Made by a program: the position numbers and the translations under genes
Shown: positions 33,701-43,213 of the stretch, piece by piece
How the letters are laid out: every line of letters begins with the position of its first letter
Numbering within the stretch: position 1 is the first letter of the stretch
Notes under the pieces: generated by a model
What the model saw: the letters and a program-made list of their open reading frames with translations, nothing else
What the model was told of the DNA's origin: nothing
Database searches by the model: none
Assembly (NCBI GenBank): GCA_038207335.1
Contig: JBBQZX010000003.1
Span: forward strand, 217,019-281,018
Source of the DNA: Chthoniobacterales bacterium
GTDB lineage: Bacteria > Verrucomicrobiota > Verrucomicrobiia > Chthoniobacterales > Chthoniobacteraceae
DNA length: 64,000 nt
Direction: 5' to 3'

Positions 33701-34035
33701 GGCACGGGCGCACCTTTCACCCCGAATACATTCGCGATGTTGTCGTAGGCTTTTTCAAAACCGGGGATGAGCTTGCCCTGCGCGTCCATGCCCGCGGGCC
33801 ACGGATACTCTACGGAGCCGCTTACCCACAGGCGTCCGGCGGAGTCAAAAGTGATATTGGTCGGCTTCTGGATGCGGGGCTCGGCGGCGACGAGTTGCAC
33901 CTCGAAGCCGGGCGGGACGTGGAATTTTGCGAGTTGCTCCTGTGGCGTGGAGGGCTTGCTATCGGGGTTGTCGCCGCGCGGGTCGGCGGCGATGGCGGAG
34001 GCGGCGAGGAGGAGAAATGCTGCGGGGATTTTCAT
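30775..34035 (-). CDS. PVC-type heme-binding CxxCH membrane dehydrogenase-like protein
   Basis: VPPGFEVQLVAAEP, GPDGALYIADFY, HEAT repeats, CVVCH...IGPNLD...ILDPN. Confidence 0.9.
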   Translation of the reverse strand: MKIPAAFLLLAASAIAADPRGDNPDSKPSTPQEQLAKFHVPPGFEVQLVAAEPRIQKPTNITFDSAGRLWVSGSVEYPWPAGMDAQGKLIPGFEKAYDNIANVFGVKGAPVPSNVARDSVRILSDFGADGLAKSISIFAEGLNIPTGIQPLPRGSVAVAKVFAGAYTPDPNPAEPKPAPAGDQHIQEQPKGDSAIVYSIPNIYLLTDWDGDGVAEKRELLYGTAGYVDTHGGTSSFLYWIDGWIYGTHGFRNHSEITDRAGRVTVLDSGNTYRFRPDGSQFEIYTHGQTNPFGLTVDPLGNFYTADSHSKPVYMLLRGAFYEGIGKQHDGLGFAPRITDDDHGSSAIAGIAYYADDAYPEEFRGNLFNGNPVTQKVNRDKLEWHGSTPKAIRQPDFVTCDDPWFRPIQVKLGPDGALYIADFYNPIIGHYEFPLADPRRDHTHGRIWRVVYVGEKKSEPAALPDLSKLDVNALVEKLADANFIVRTLATNELVDRIGHDAIAPMLEVIGAPDTATTEPGALAPAQPPLSSDAAARRRVHAIWALERLGAGSGDVFESTLHDRDSVVRRFAMKILGERAKWSDAEAATARTALGDSFYFVRRAAADAIGRHPSPDQIEPLLKTWKTSAPEYNQLIHTVRMALRDQFLAPGGAAEATKLAAADSDSAQKLAEVALAAPTSDAASFLLAFLSNTKFQGPRTGEILKHVALNLAPEQFPALLEAVEKVKDAPLDQRLAIVDGLEKASRQRGLKLPDELTVWMQRTMIDALASPDENVLKRALEAVREAKLDAKLDPLVQIIQDRKRNSAIRIAALDAVANLDLGPAALAGALNDTSMTVRKRAAELLGQSVGNRNVSPTLLAALPAAPAELANIIAASLAKNDTSCAALLDAVEAGHASRSLLRNKTVTASLDKRAQTLRDRAATLTKDLPPEDARLDGVIAKRTEEFRTAQPDANHGAQVFAQNCVVCHRFKNTGGNIGPNLDGVAARGVQRLIEDILDPNRNIDPAFAQTLVETTDGQTLAGVGLHEEGKLLTLNDAAGKAVSVPLEKVKSKTQLKLSLMPPTFETTVPGKDFNDLVAFLLSPASAGK

Positions 34036-34151
34036 GCGGGGTGCGGTGAGTAAGTCACAGAGCGAGTGTGGGAGCAATACGTCCGGGATGCGTGAACTGC
34101 TCTGAGCTTGCACGATTGCCGCGCCGCCACTCGCGCGGCAATTTGCACAGC

Positions 34152-35528
34152 ATGAGACGCAGCCTGCTTTCACTCCTCTTTGTTTTCAGCGCGCACTGTT
34201 CCTTCGCCGCGGACTGGCCGGAGTTTCTCGGGCCGACTCGTGACGATGTTTCGACCGAGACCGAACTACGCGATTTTTTCCCGTCGCGCGGGCTGCCGAT
34301 CATGTGGCAGCGGGTGATCGGCGAGGGCTATAGCGCGCCGAGTGTGCGCGGCGATTTGCTCGTGTTCCATCATCGCGTCGGGGAGGAGGAGATCGTCGAG
34401 GCGTGCGATGCGAAGACCGGCGAGACACGCTGGAAGCAGCGCTACGAAAGCCACTTTCGCGATCCTTTTGGCTACAACAACGGCCCGCGATGCACGCCGC
34501 TGCTGACCGCGGATCGCTGCTACACATTCGGCGCGGAAGGCGTGCTGATGTGCTGTGAACTGGCGACGGGGAAGCTGGTGTGGAAGCGCGACACGCAGAA
34601 GGAATTCAACGTGCCCGAGGCGTTTTTCGGCGTCGGCAGCACGCCGATTTTGGAAGATGGAAAGTTGATCGTGCTCGTCGGTGGGCAGCCAAATTCCGGC
34701 GTCGCCGCGCTCGATGCGGCGACAGGAAAAACGCTGTGGGAGAACATCGGCGAGAAAACCTGGACGGGCGTCCCGATGACCGGATGGCCCGGAGAACGGC
34801 TCGTGCAGTGGAACGCCGCCGATCCCGCATTTCAAAAACAAGCGAGCTACTGCAGCCCAGTCGCCGCGACGATTCACGGAAAGCGGATGATTATTTGCGT
34901 CACGCGGCAGGGGCTCGTCTCGCTTGATCCGCAGACTGGCGCTCACAATTTTTCGTTTTGGTTCCGCGCGCGGCAGGACTCCTCGGTGAATGCAATGACG
35001 CCGATCGTACAGGACGATCGCATTTTCATCTCGTCGGCTTATTTTAAAAATGGATCGGTGCTGCTGCGCGTGCGGCCGGATGGGAAAGGCGTCGATGAAG
35101 TCTGGCGCAGCCTCGCGCTGGAGATGCACTGGAGCCGCCCGATTTTGGACGACGGTTATTTGTATGGCTTCAGCGGGCGTAACGAGCCTGACGCGCGTTT
35201 CCGCTGCGTGGAATTCGCGACGGGAAATGTGATGTGGGATCGCGACGAAGGATGGCCGAATGCCGGCCACACGAAGCTGCGTGAAGGCGACGAGCCTCCG
35301 AACGTCTCCGGCCGCGGCTCGCTCATCCTCGCCGACGGGAAACTCATCGCGCTCGGCGAAGCGGGGCTGCTCTGCATCTTCAAACCGAATCCAAAACAGC
35401 TCGAAGAACTGGGCCGCTGGCAAAGCCCGCTGCTCGAATACCCGTGTTGGGCCGGCCCCGTCCTTGCGAACAAACGGCTCTATCTCCGGAGCGAAAATCG
35501 CCTCGTCTGCTACGATTTCGCGAAGTAA
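34152..35528 (+). CDS. PQQ-binding-like beta-propeller protein
   Basis: Signal peptide; DWPEFLGP, GEGYSAP, GPRCTP, CWAGPVLANKRLYLR. Confidence 0.88.
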   Translation: MRRSLLSLLFVFSAHCSFAADWPEFLGPTRDDVSTETELRDFFPSRGLPIMWQRVIGEGYSAPSVRGDLLVFHHRVGEEEIVEACDAKTGETRWKQRYESHFRDPFGYNNGPRCTPLLTADRCYTFGAEGVLMCCELATGKLVWKRDTQKEFNVPEAFFGVGSTPILEDGKLIVLVGGQPNSGVAALDAATGKTLWENIGEKTWTGVPMTGWPGERLVQWNAADPAFQKQASYCSPVAATIHGKRMIICVTRQGLVSLDPQTGAHNFSFWFRARQDSSVNAMTPIVQDDRIFISSAYFKNGSVLLRVRPDGKGVDEVWRSLALEMHWSRPILDDGYLYGFSGRNEPDARFRCVEFATGNVMWDRDEGWPNAGHTKLREGDEPPNVSGRGSLILADGKLIALGEAGLLCIFKPNPKQLEELGRWQSPLLEYPCWAGPVLANKRLYLRSENRLVCYDFAK

Positions 35529-35652
35529 AGGAAGTCGCTTTGGTGCCTGTACCGCTCACCGCATCGGAATGCGATAAGCGATAAGCGACGGCGGGGCGAA
35601 GTTGCGAGCGGCTACTGATGCCGGGAAGCGATTTGCGGGGTGTGGTGTCAGC

Positions 35653-38600
35653 CTAATTGGCGCTTGCGCCCGAGAGATAAATCTGGCCGGTCTGGAGGCC
35701 GCCACCAGCGGAGAGAGTGCCGAAGAAGTATCCGTAGGCTTGGCCTGAGCTTTGGAAGGCGACGCCGCGGATCTGCGTGAGCACTCCGCTCTGCGGATGG
35801 ATGAAGGATCCGGTGAATGTGCCGTTGTGCGTGTTGAATTTGACCTTCAACTGATCGCCCGCAGGGGTGACCACGGTCACGACATTGCTGATGGAAAGCG
35901 TGATATTTTTGTCGAACTCACGGTCGAAGGTCCCGTTGACGAGGTTGCCCTCACGGAACGACGCGACTCCCGCTCCGCTGCTTTGGTCGAAGGAGCTGAG
36001 AATCCGCGTGCCCTGTGACGGCTGTGCGTAAAGCGAGCCGAGGAGCGCTTCGCCGGTCCGGGTGAAGCCGGAGGGTGAGTACTTGTCGTTGACGTTCTCG
36101 AGTTTCTCCCAATCGAAGGTGCCTTCCATCTGACTCCCGGTCGGAACGGTGACCGTGCCGATTGCAACGCCGCCGTTCTTGTAAGGGGTTGCGTAAAGCG
36201 GCCATGTCAGATTTTTGGAAAGCGGGGCAGATTGCGACGCCTTGGTGCCATCCGGGAGGACGCCACTCCAGCGAACAACTCCGTTACTGCGGATGGTGAG
36301 AAGGCCGGCGCCAAGACCGCGGGGATCATTCACACCCGGCATTTCCACCGGCGGAAAGTAGAGGGTGTAATTCCCCGAGGTCGCCGTCGGCACGGGCGCT
36401 CGCGAGGAGAAGGTGGCGCGGTCGAGTCGCACCGTGGAGGTGAACGCCGGGGTGGTGACGGTCCCGACGATTTGGTCGGTCGCGCCGGGCGTCACATCGA
36501 GGGTGAGGTCGATGGCGAGATTGCCCAGCGGGAATTTCCGCTCGACGAGGCCGCGGTAACGGCCATGGCCGGTGAAGTCTCCCTTCAAGCGGTAAGTCGC
36601 CCCGGCAAATTTCAACCTTCCGGAGAATGCGCCGGAGTTGACGATATTCAGTTGCAGATATCCCGAGGAAGCGGTCGAGAATTCATCGCTGCGGACGAGA
36701 CCGGAGTAGGAGCCGGTGATCGGCACGGCGGAGTTGAATGGAGACTGGGTGAAATGCGCGATGAGCGAGAGCGCCGCATCAGGCATGGGGAAGGTGAAGG
36801 TCCGTGCGGTCGAGAGGAGAGTGCCATTTTCATCGGTCCATCCGTCGAAGACAAAGCCGGACTGAGCGGTCGCGACGAGCGAAACGGAGAAGCCGACGTT
36901 GCGAGGGCCGGAGGTGGCGTTGACGCTTCCGCCGGTTTGCGCGGTGATGGTGAGCGACTGGGACTTCAGGTAGTTGAAGCTGGAGCGCGCAATCGGCGAT
37001 TTGTTGCCGAATTCATCGAGGGCGAAGACTTCGAGGACATTCGGCCCGAAGACGACATCGGAGGTGATGTCTTTGCTCCAGTTGGTCGTCCCGTCGGCGA
37101 TGGCGAGGGGCAGGTTGTTGACGCGATAGCGGACTTCGACGACGTCGCCATTATCGGAGGCTGTGCCCGACGCAAGGATCGGCTCGGAGCCGACGAATAT
37201 GTCCTGCTTATTGCTCGGGCTGGTGATTTTGACTTTTGGAGCGCGAATGTCTGGAGCGGGGTCGTCTTCGCGGAAGGTGACTTTCGCGAAGGTGGTGAAG
37301 CCTTCTTTGAAATCCACGCTCCGACCAACGCCGACGGTGAGAATACGCGGAGGGGCGAAGGTCGAGTTGTCAATCGCGGTGACGGAGAAGGTCACACTGA
37401 CTTGGTCCGCGGGGATTTCGACCATCTCAGGAATGGGCGGATTGAAATCGATGTTCGCGCGTGCGGTGCCGCCTGAGGTGAGGGGCACGATGAGCGAATT
37501 CGAGGCGGCGGCGTGGCGCGAAACGGTGAAAATAACCGGAGTCGGATCATTTTCCAGCACGCTGGTGGTGGAGGCGCGTACGGCGATGTCGGTCTTCTCG
37601 TTGTCCACGATTGTGACGACTGCCTCATTCGGCGCGCCGATTGTATATCCAGGCCGCGGGGCGAGTAGCACGTCCACGAGTTCGGTTCCCTCGATGAAGG
37701 TGTCATCGACGGGCTCCACGGTGAATTGCGCGCTCATCGAGCCAGCCGGAATGGTGACGTGATCGGTGACGGCGCTGTGGGCGGGGACGGAGAAAAGGCG
37801 GTAATCGGCTACTCGAACTGCAGAGCCGGAGATGGTGAAATAAACGTCCGTATTGACAAGGACGGGAGCCTGAAAGGACACGGTGAAGGTACCGGTATCA
37901 GCAGGGTCGCTGGCGAGCGTCTCGGCAGCATCGGGATCCGTCGCTTCGATGGTCACAGCGTTTTGCTCGTTATCGACGATCTTGATCTCGTGAAGCGGAT
38001 TGCCGCCGAGGGTGGCATTGACGGGATTTTTCAGGAGGAGGTAAATGAACTCATCGCCCTCGAGAATGAGGTCGTCCGGCACAGTGACGGTGATGTCCTT
38101 GAAGGTATCGCCGTCCGCGAAATCCACTGTGCCCGGGGTGGCAACAAAGTCGGCGATATCGGTGGCTGTGCTATCGGGCGCGACGACGTAATCGATCGAG
38201 GCTGCGCCTTGCGTGTCGCCAAGTCGCTGGATGCGGATGGTGGCGGTGGCACCACCGGGGTTTTCGTTCACAACAGTTCTTTGAGTGATGAAACGGAAGC
38301 GTCCGGTGACGGCTGTGGTGCCGTAGATGTTCAGGCTGGCTTTGCGGAGTGTTCCAGTTGAACCGCCACGACGGTCGCGCACTTTGAGAGTCCAAAGCCC
38401 AGTGCTATTCTCGCCCCACGAATGCGTGGTCGTGAAGGTCCAACCGGTCGCGAGATTGTCGTCGCGGACATCGGAGTCGTCGTCGTAAAAATCGCCGCCG
38501 GTGGGGCGGGGACGGAGTTCCATGATGCGGCTGACCGTTCCTTCCGGAGAAGTGAGCGTGACTTCGAGGTCGCTGCGGTGACCGTGCTGGATGTCGAGGA

Positions 38601-40428
38601 CGACTTCCACGCGCTCGACACGAAGGTTCGGGCCTGTGGAAAAATCGAAGGTGCGGGTGATGCCCGCGGCATTTTCGGGGATTGCGACCGGGACGCTGGG
38701 AGCCGCGAGTGCGACGGTCTGCGACTCTTCGGGGCCGAGATTCTCCCAGTCCTTTGCGCGGATGACTGCAGCGGTGAGATCTATGACGCCGCCGCCGAAG
38801 AGGTGGTTGAAATGAAAGCCCGCGCCGTTGGTGACCCAGTCGGCATCGGTCGGGTCGATTTTCTGCGCGGTCGCTGCGAGGATTTCGTGCACATCGCGCC
38901 AGCCGAGATTGGGATTGGCGCTGAGCATGAGTGCGACGCCGCCGGTGGTAAGCGGAGTCGCGGAAGAAGTGCCGCCGAAGGAATTGGTGTAATCCGTGTC
39001 GGCGGGCTCACCGGCACCGGGATTGTAGCCGTAGCCAATAAAGCCGAAGGGGTCGAAAACCGAGCCTGAGAGGTCGGTCGTGAAGATGCCAAGCGTGCCG
39101 CCGCTCGAGGGGGCGCAGACGAGGAGATTCGCGCCGCGCTCGCTGTAATAGGCTTGTTTCCCGAGGTTGTCGCTGGCGCCGACGCAGAGGACAAAGCGGG
39201 AATTTGCGAAGCCGTTCGCGTTCGAGTCGCGGGATCCGTAGAAGCTCTGCTGGTCGTTGCCGCCGGCGAAAAGCGTGATTTGGCCGAGACCGCCACGCCC
39301 GAGTGTCGCGGCATCCTGCAGCGCTTGCCGAGTCAGGACGTCCGGTCCGGTGAAGAGCACGGTGGGCTTCCAGCTATTATTGGAAGCTCCGACTTGGACT
39401 TCGTCGCCATTTTCATCGGTGGGATGCCAGTAGAGCGCCTGGGACTCCTGAAGGTCGGTGATCGGACCGGAGATAAGTCGCAGGCCGAGAAGCTGTGCCT
39501 CGGGAGCTGAGCCTGAGACGCCGAGAGTGTTGTTCCCCCGCGCCGCGGCGACGCCGCCGACGGAAATGCCGTGCTGGTCGCCGTATTCTGGCGCGGGATC
39601 CTGATCGCCGCCGTTGAAGTCGTAGTGCAAGCCGCTGCTCACGGGCGGCGAATTTGGCTCGAGGTCGGGGTGGGTGGTCTGGAAGCTGTCATCGACGATC
39701 GCGATCGTGACGCCCTGGCCTTTCGTGATGTCCCAAGCGTGGACGACATTCGCGTCCGCGCCGACGAGGCCGTTTCCTTGGCCGGTGTTGCGGAGGTGCC
39801 ACTGGAATGGGAAGAACGGATCGTCCGGGGCGGCCTGCACCTCACGCTGGCGACGCAACTGCGGATCGGCTTCAACGCCTTTGTCGCGCAGGCTCAGTGC
39901 CGCATCAAGCGCGCGGTCGGGGTTTGAAAATGAGAACATCACGCGATCCGCGACGATCGTCGGCCGTGTGGCGGAAGCCTCCACGGATTTCGCAAGTGCC
40001 GCGACGTCCGCGCCAGGTGCGATCTTTACGAGAACATCCGTGGTCGGGATGTGGCGCAGCGCATCGCTGTGAGGCGCACCTTGCGGATAGAGCACCGGCG
40101 CCACTTCGGCACCGCCGAGGGCCGCGGAGAGGCTCAGGCGCTGCGCGGCATTCCGCCGGGCTCCGTTATTTTCCGCGCGCACGACTGCTTCCGCGCCTCG
40201 CTGGTGGAGGATCTTCGCCCCTGCGACTTTCGCGCGGACATCGCGTTCGAGCGCGGCTGGTTCAGCACCATCGCGGCGCACGGCGATTTCGTCGGGTGCG
40301 TATTCGAAGTCCAACCAACGACCGGAGTCGCGCAGGCGGATGACGGTGGGGTCTTGACCCAATGATGTCGCGAGTGTGGCGACGAGCGAAAAGGTGACAA
40401 TCCACGGGAGGGAACGGTTGCTGTTCAT
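35653..40428 (-). CDS. secreted S8 kexin/furin-like serine protease with P domain, Calx-beta and Ig-like domains
   Basis: Catalytic triad in IAIVDD, HGISVGG, GGTSSATP; P domain (WGENSTGLWTLKV); Calx-beta-like repeats. Confidence 0.9.
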   Translation of the reverse strand: MNSNRSLPWIVTFSLVATLATSLGQDPTVIRLRDSGRWLDFEYAPDEIAVRRDGAEPAALERDVRAKVAGAKILHQRGAEAVVRAENNGARRNAAQRLSLSAALGGAEVAPVLYPQGAPHSDALRHIPTTDVLVKIAPGADVAALAKSVEASATRPTIVADRVMFSFSNPDRALDAALSLRDKGVEADPQLRRQREVQAAPDDPFFPFQWHLRNTGQGNGLVGADANVVHAWDITKGQGVTIAIVDDSFQTTHPDLEPNSPPVSSGLHYDFNGGDQDPAPEYGDQHGISVGGVAAARGNNTLGVSGSAPEAQLLGLRLISGPITDLQESQALYWHPTDENGDEVQVGASNNSWKPTVLFTGPDVLTRQALQDAATLGRGGLGQITLFAGGNDQQSFYGSRDSNANGFANSRFVLCVGASDNLGKQAYYSERGANLLVCAPSSGGTLGIFTTDLSGSVFDPFGFIGYGYNPGAGEPADTDYTNSFGGTSSATPLTTGGVALMLSANPNLGWRDVHEILAATAQKIDPTDADWVTNGAGFHFNHLFGGGVIDLTAAVIRAKDWENLGPEESQTVALAAPSVPVAIPENAAGITRTFDFSTGPNLRVERVEVVLDIQHGHRSDLEVTLTSPEGTVSRIMELRPRPTGGDFYDDDSDVRDDNLATGWTFTTTHSWGENSTGLWTLKVRDRRGGSTGTLRKASLNIYGTTAVTGRFRFITQRTVVNENPGGATATIRIQRLGDTQGAASIDYVVAPDSTATDIADFVATPGTVDFADGDTFKDITVTVPDDLILEGDEFIYLLLKNPVNATLGGNPLHEIKIVDNEQNAVTIEATDPDAAETLASDPADTGTFTVSFQAPVLVNTDVYFTISGSAVRVADYRLFSVPAHSAVTDHVTIPAGSMSAQFTVEPVDDTFIEGTELVDVLLAPRPGYTIGAPNEAVVTIVDNEKTDIAVRASTTSVLENDPTPVIFTVSRHAAASNSLIVPLTSGGTARANIDFNPPIPEMVEIPADQVSVTFSVTAIDNSTFAPPRILTVGVGRSVDFKEGFTTFAKVTFREDDPAPDIRAPKVKITSPSNKQDIFVGSEPILASGTASDNGDVVEVRYRVNNLPLAIADGTTNWSKDITSDVVFGPNVLEVFALDEFGNKSPIARSSFNYLKSQSLTITAQTGGSVNATSGPRNVGFSVSLVATAQSGFVFDGWTDENGTLLSTARTFTFPMPDAALSLIAHFTQSPFNSAVPITGSYSGLVRSDEFSTASSGYLQLNIVNSGAFSGRLKFAGATYRLKGDFTGHGRYRGLVERKFPLGNLAIDLTLDVTPGATDQIVGTVTTPAFTSTVRLDRATFSSRAPVPTATSGNYTLYFPPVEMPGVNDPRGLGAGLLTIRSNGVVRWSGVLPDGTKASQSAPLSKNLTWPLYATPYKNGGVAIGTVTVPTGSQMEGTFDWEKLENVNDKYSPSGFTRTGEALLGSLYAQPSQGTRILSSFDQSSGAGVASFREGNLVNGTFDREFDKNITLSISNVVTVVTPAGDQLKVKFNTHNGTFTGSFIHPQSGVLTQIRGVAFQSSGQAYGYFFGTLSAGGGLQTGQIYLSGASAN

Positions 40429-40504
40429 AAAAGATGCAATGGGAGCACAGAAATCGCGGGCCGCATTAAAAAAAGCGCATGTTTGGCACTTTATTTTGCG
40501 CGTC

Positions 40505-42025
40505 TCAGTGCGAGGCCGAGTATGCCGCGATGGCGAGCATTAAAATCGCGACGACCAGCGACGCATTTCCGTTGAGAACCATTTGAGTGTCGATGCTTTG
40601 CGAGGAGTGCGCCGGTTTCTTGGGGTCGTAATGGATTTCGATCTCCATCCCGGCGGGATGCGCCGCAACTTCAGCCTCCGCGCTCGTGCGGGAGCCGGCG
40701 GTCTGCCCGACCGTGCCGTGATATTCGAGGCCATCGACCTGATAGGAATACTCGATGACCGGCTGATAAAAGGTGTGCGACCGAGTGTCGGTGCTGACGA
40801 ATGACTCGACCGTGCTGGAGACGATCACGGCTTTTGCTGGAAGCCACGGAAAGGCGATGCGCGGGTGAGAGCGGTTGTAGATGAATGATCCGAGGCACAG
40901 CAGGCCGAACGCGCCGGTGCAGAGCGTCAGAAGCGGACGATGGATGCCGGGAAGCGCGGCGTTGAGAGCGTCATTGAGGTTTTCGCCTTTCCAAATGAGC
41001 GCGACGACGCCGATGTAAACGAGCACGGCGATGACCGTGCCGGTCCAGATGCAGCCGAGGCTCGCGGGCGGGTTGCGCTCCAGCACGCAGTCGTCCGGGT
41101 TTTCGGGATTGAAGAAAACGGGAACGATCGCACCGACGGGATAACGCTTGAGCACTTCATCCACCTCGTCGGCAGGGCGCTCGCCGAGGCTGATGCGCTC
41201 GCCTTGGATCAAGCGCGCACCGGGATTGAACTCGTACGCGACCGATGCCTGATTGCGCACCTGAGTCGCGTCTCCGGCGAAACGATGGCGCACGACTTCG
41301 ACTTTCGACGCAGTGATGCGCGCGCGGCCCTCCCACCACGACCTGGCTTTTCGCACGCGCAGCGTCTGGCGCGTCACTATCATGATGAAAAGAATCGGCA
41401 CGGCAGCCACGAGCAGCAGGCTCCAAAGTTGCGGGTTAAAATACGGGAGCGTGAGCGTGAGCACGAATGCCAGCGCTCCGAAAAGCGCCAGCTTCGGCAG
41501 CGATTCGCGCCGCCACCGCCGGAGGATGATCGCCGCGCCAGCGATGAGAATCGCGAGGGCAACTCCGTTGCAGATTTTTTGGACGAGCACGCTCTTCGCG
41601 TTCGGGACCGGGTCGGCGTAGGGATGCGTGTCGATGTTGTAGAGCGCACCCGGTCCGTTGTTGGAAAATGTCGCCTGCATCGCCTCACTCATCGTCACGA
41701 TGTCGTTGACCGCTTCGCTCTTCGATCCCGCAAAAATCGCGAGCTTCGCATCGCGAGTGTCGCCAAACGGATGCGGGTCGGGCGTGAGCCGCGCGTCGGT
41801 GTGGAGCGAATGTTTTGCATCGCCGAATGCGTGCAGAATTCGCGCGTCGTCCTGCTCGCCGATCGTGCGCAGACGAGCCTTCGCGGTCCATTGCGTCGCC
41901 GCGAACGAAGCGAGAAAATCGCTCGCCTCGTATGGGATGAATGCCAGAAAAACCGTGACGACAGCGATGAGGCTGAGGATCTGAAAACGGACGATCGTCT
42001 CGGGACTGGGCTCTTTCGATTTCAC
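40505..42025 (-). CDS. membrane protein with two DUF3592-like domains
   Basis: TM helices followed twice by W....A.I..S.V...Y..G..V.V.Y.P..P pattern; GTG start. Confidence 0.7.
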   Translation of the reverse strand: MKSKEPSPETIVRFQILSLIAVVTVFLAFIPYEASDFLASFAATQWTAKARLRTIGEQDDARILHAFGDAKHSLHTDARLTPDPHPFGDTRDAKLAIFAGSKSEAVNDIVTMSEAMQATFSNNGPGALYNIDTHPYADPVPNAKSVLVQKICNGVALAILIAGAAIILRRWRRESLPKLALFGALAFVLTLTLPYFNPQLWSLLLVAAVPILFIMIVTRQTLRVRKARSWWEGRARITASKVEVVRHRFAGDATQVRNQASVAYEFNPGARLIQGERISLGERPADEVDEVLKRYPVGAIVPVFFNPENPDDCVLERNPPASLGCIWTGTVIAVLVYIGVVALIWKGENLNDALNAALPGIHRPLLTLCTGAFGLLCLGSFIYNRSHPRIAFPWLPAKAVIVSSTVESFVSTDTRSHTFYQPVIEYSYQVDGLEYHGTVGQTAGSRTSAEAEVAAHPAGMEIEIHYDPKKPAHSSQSIDTQMVLNGNASLVVAILMLAIAAYSASH

Positions 42026-42066
42026 CGGAAATTCAGCGCTCGGGATGCGCGCGTTTTCAGCAGGGC

Positions 42067-43149
42067 TTAATCCCCGAATGTCACTCCAACCGAGCGCGCA
42101 GTCTCGATCATCTGGCAGCGCGGCGAGACGAGGCGCAGGCGATGCACGGCGTCTGCGATGGGCACGGAGCGAATTTCGTCGTGGTGGTAGCTCACCATCT
42201 GGCCGAACTCTCCGGTGCTCGCGAGTTCCACTGCTTTCACCCCGAAGCGCAGCCCGAGGATGCGGTCGAGCGTGGTCGGAGCGCCGCCGCGCTGGAGATG
42301 CCCGAGGACACAGGTGCGCGTCTCTTTGCCAGTCCGGCGCGCGAGTTCGCGGGCGACGTTTTCGCCGATGCCGCCGAGCTTGTATTCGCCGATTCCTCTT
42401 TCTCTAAAAAGCTCCTGCCCATCCCGCACGCGCGCTCCCTCGGCCACGACGATGAGCGTGCTGAGACAGCCCGCTTTTTCACGATCGAGCACTGCTTGCG
42501 CGACCTTCTCAAACTCGAACGGAATCTCCGGCAGCAGGATGATGTCGCCGCCGCCCGCGAGCCCGCCATACAGCGCGATCCAGCCGGCGTGGCGTCCCAT
42601 GACCTCGACGACCATCACGCGCTTGTGACTCGTCGCGGTGGTGTGGAGCCGGTCGAGCGAATCCGCGACGCACGCGACCGCCGAGTCGAAGCCGAAGCTC
42701 ATCGCCGTCGCCTCGAGGTCGTTGTCGATCGTCTTCGGCACGCCGATCGTGGGAATTCCCGCCTCGAATAGCTGCTGCGCCGTGGTCAGCGAGCCGTCGC
42801 CGCCGATCACGATGAGCCCGCTCAAGCCCAGCCGCGCGAGCGTCGCCCGCGCTTGGTCGATCGACTCGCGAGGAGCCTGCGCTCTAGCACCCGCGCCCAC
42901 CTTCACGATGAAGTGCCCCTTGTTCGTCGTCCCTAAAATCGTTCCTCCGAGATGCATGATGCCCGCGGTGCGATGCGTATCCAGCACCTCCCAATCCCCC
43001 TCGCCGAGCAGCCCCTCGAAGCCGTCGCGAAATCCAATCACTTCCCATCCGAGATTCGCCGCCGCGCGCACAGCGCCTCGCAGCACGGCATTGAGCCCGG
43101 GGCAATCTCCGCCGCTCGTGAGGATGCCGATGCGATGTTGCGAGGTCAC
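42067..43149 (-). CDS. pfkA: 6-phosphofructokinase
   Basis: ILTSGGDCPGLN, GGTILGT, GGDGS, PKTIDND, EVMGRHAG, LGHLQRGG; start uncertain (GTG 43149 or TTG 43194). Confidence 0.93.
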   Translation of the reverse strand: MTSQHRIGILTSGGDCPGLNAVLRGAVRAAANLGWEVIGFRDGFEGLLGEGDWEVLDTHRTAGIMHLGGTILGTTNKGHFIVKVGAGARAQAPRESIDQARATLARLGLSGLIVIGGDGSLTTAQQLFEAGIPTIGVPKTIDNDLEATAMSFGFDSAVACVADSLDRLHTTATSHKRVMVVEVMGRHAGWIALYGGLAGGGDIILLPEIPFEFEKVAQAVLDREKAGCLSTLIVVAEGARVRDGQELFRERGIGEYKLGGIGENVARELARRTGKETRTCVLGHLQRGGAPTTLDRILGLRFGVKAVELASTGEFGQMVSYHHDEIRSVPIADAVHRLRLVSPRCQMIETARSVGVTFGD

Positions 43150-43213
43150 ACTTTTGAATTGGGAAACCTGCAGCGAACTCGCATCGCCCAACAAATAATC
43201 AACAATCCAAAAT

